Assembly (NCBI GenBank): GCA_017654855.1
Contig: CM030335.1
Span: 3,224,001 to 3,288,000, forward strand
DNA from: Podospora anserina
Lineage: Eukaryota
Length of the DNA: 64,000 bases
Direction of reading: 5' to 3'
Position 1 is the first letter of the stretch; each line of letters begins with the position of its first letter. The notes under the pieces are model-generated. The model had not been told where the DNA came from. It saw only the letters and a list, made by a program, of their open reading frames with translations, and did not search any database. The translations under genes and the position numbers were made by a program. Shown piece by piece: positions 61,999 through 64,000 of this stretch.

Positions 61999-63045
61999 TC
62001 AGACCTCTACAACCCTCTCAGGGTCGAAGCCTGGCGACATGCCTTTACCGGCAACGAAACCGTACCCCTTTTGGTTCGTACACACTCTCTTCCCATCTAC
62101 CGAAAAATCACAGTTAAAATGCGTATGCCCAAACGCCCAGACCTTCACCCTGTCACTCCTCCAACACTTCTCACGGCTCAGGTCCGTCCTAAACGCACTC
62201 GCCACTGCCTCCCATCCCTTCACACGCTCATGCTGAGCATCATTAGCCCTCCGATCCGTCGTTGGGCTGTGATGAGTGAAAATAACCACCTTCCTTTTCT
62301 TCCCCTCCTTCGCGTCCTCCTTCTCAATTTTCTTCACCTCTTTATTAAGCCAGTCTTTATCTGCCTCGTGCGCTTTATTATGGTCCTTCACGGTCCACCC
62401 TTTGATCCTATAAAAGTCATTCAACTTTCTCGTCACCTCGTCCTTGTACTTGGATGCCACATAAGAGTGGAGGGTACACCCCAGCACAGTCACAACCCCC
62501 CCTTCCTCACCCTTGATATCATATCTCGTCCTATCAAGCGGGACAAAGTCTCCCAGCTTCTCCCCTTCTTTCCTCCTCTGCTCCACCAAAACCGACATCT
62601 CCTCCAAAAACAAACTAACCTCCTCCCAAGAGGAGGAATATGGCTCGTGATTTCCCGCAACAAAAAACACAACTTTGAACTTGCCAAGTTGGATAAGAAG
62701 GAATTTCCTCAAAGCATCGCGTTGGGTTATGAGGCCGATGTCGCCGAGTAGGGCGAGGTAAGGCGCGCGGGGTTCAACGTGGAAGGCAGAGTAGCCATGC
62801 TCTGCGAATTGCTCGGCGGGTGAGACCTCCAGGTGCAAGTCGGACAGGATTTGGAATTTGGCCATGTTGATGTTGATGGGGGGTTGTTGGGCACTGGAGG
62901 AGGATGATGAGAGCTGCAGTGGTTGGAAGACCTCTCTTGGCTGAAGCAGACTGCCCCACCCCACGTGGACGGGACGCCAAGAGCTGTGCTTGCACGGTAT
63001 GGCCTGTCTCCACAGCGACCTTGTCGCCGTGGAAAAGGAGGTCAT
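61999..63045 (-). CDS. Calcineurin-like metallophosphoesterase (second possible start at 62865)
   Basis: ILSDLHLE, LLGDIG, GNHEPY, GCTL.S, THHSP, WAFGHTH, TNQKGY. Confidence 0.9.
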   Translation of the reverse strand: MTSFSTATRSLWRQAIPCKHSSWRPVHVGWGSLLQPREVFQPLQLSSSSSSAQQPPININMAKFQILSDLHLEVSPAEQFAEHGYSAFHVEPRAPYLALLGDIGLITQRDALRKFLLIQLGKFKVVFFVAGNHEPYSSSWEEVSLFLEEMSVLVEQRRKEGEKLGDFVPLDRTRYDIKGEEGGVVTVLGCTLHSYVASKYKDEVTRKLNDFYRIKGWTVKDHNKAHEADKDWLNKEVKKIEKEDAKEGKKRKVVIFTHHSPTTDRRANDAQHERVKGWEAVASAFRTDLSREKCWRSDRVKVWAFGHTHFNCDFSVDGKRVCTNQKGYGFVAGKGMSPGFDPERVVEV

Positions 63046-63461
63046 GATGTTGGGTTGGTTTATGGGTTATTGCGACGTTAGTGGGGGTTGTTTTCGGCGG
63101 TGTATGAATGAGAGAGGAAAGAAAACAGAAACTCTTATGGTGGGTTCAAATTCTTTTGGGTTGCGAACAAATCGATCGATCCAATGTTGGTACCTACCTG
63201 ACAAGAGAGACTGTTGGCTCAACCATTACCCACTTCTCCATCAAACCGTGAAGTGCGTTACATGAAAGAGGAAAGAAGCATCTTCCATAAAACCCTGGAA
63301 TCTGAATTTTCATATCAAAATCGTTATACTTGCGCCACAGAAGCCCACGGTTAAGTTCCCCACCGTAACTTCCACAATACCTTACTTCTCGTTCGGTCCC
63401 AAACGCTCACTCATCAAACCCTTCTCATTATTTAGGCGAGTAAACACCTCGGACCCTCACA

Positions 63462-63764
63462 ATGGCTCGGCACTCCTGCCTCTGCACTTTTGCATCCAGG
63501 GCTCTCAATGTGATCCTAATTTACATGCTTTTCTACCACCCAGAAGAAGCATGCCCGCCCTGCGAGCCAGAACCATGCCCAACCTACAGGTGTGAAGGAT
63601 CTACATGTCTTGTTGCAACAGCTGTGTATGTATCGTACCTGACTCAAGATTCATATCCCGGAGTCGGATTGAACCGACCACCTATTCGTCCGTGTGTCCT
63701 ATCGGAATGCCCACTAGCAGTTACCCACCTTTCTTCAGTACGCCCCTGTCACAATTGTTGTTGA
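63462..63764 (+). CDS. Possible small Cys-rich protein; exon structure uncertain
   Basis: CACAATG context; CxC..CPPC..C...C...C. A GTATGT at ~63626 may be a splice donor. Confidence 0.3.
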   Translation: MARHSCLCTFASRALNVILIYMLFYHPEEACPPCEPEPCPTYRCEGSTCLVATAVYVSYLTQDSYPGVGLNRPPIRPCVLSECPLAVTHLSSVRPCHNCC

Positions 63765-64000
63765 AAATCGATCTAAACCTTGTATTGACTCTGGTAGGGC
63801 TTTATGGAACAAGCATGGTACTCTTTAATGGTAATCGCATCTTCCTTCGTGTTGGAGCGGGTGGTGAAAGTCTGTCGACAGTACGGGGCATGGAAGGCGA
63901 AGATGCAAAGGAGGACGTGAGACATTAATCAAGGCACATGAATGTCATGCAAGCAGACCATTTCTAGGGTATTTACCTTATCAAATGACTTAAGGTACCA

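Noticed and set aside
1-64000. CRISPR arrays, transposons, Starship captain or Spok genes, amyloid-signalling motifs
   Set aside because: No repeat-spacer arrays, transposase/RT/recombinase motifs, long terminal repeats or HET-s-like motifs were seen by eye.

Overview
Filamentous ascomycete DNA, probably Sordariales and Podospora-like (inferred from intron signals, gene content and G/C-run codon style). Core genes: a Rap1-like telomere protein, SWF1 DHHC palmitoyltransferase, EngB-type GTPase, FMC1, AHA1, a nitrilase-family hydrolase, a Pcl-type cyclin, CDC28/CDK1, AlkB, GH12 and a metallophosphoesterase. There are three intronless tRNA genes (Asn-GTT, Glu-TTC, Ser-CGA). Two accessory or non-self-recognition-like patches lie next to tRNAs: a frameshifted HeLo-like/kinase-like gene at 1.5-3.4 kb, and a 22-33.7 kb island with a modin-like gene, a DUF3433-type gene and a multiply disrupted NACHT NLR. 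Best leads: (1) a compact arsM <- -> bZIP -> VOC/glyoxalase module with a Yap-type TTACTAA site in the shared promoter, a candidate fungal arsenic methylation and sensing unit; (2) a Rap1-like gene with two Myb repeats, no visible Rap1-C domain and a telomeric repeat just upstream of its ATG; (3) an orphan box C/D snoRNA candidate in a 5'-UTR intron of AHA1. All family calls come from reading motifs by eye; no searches were run.
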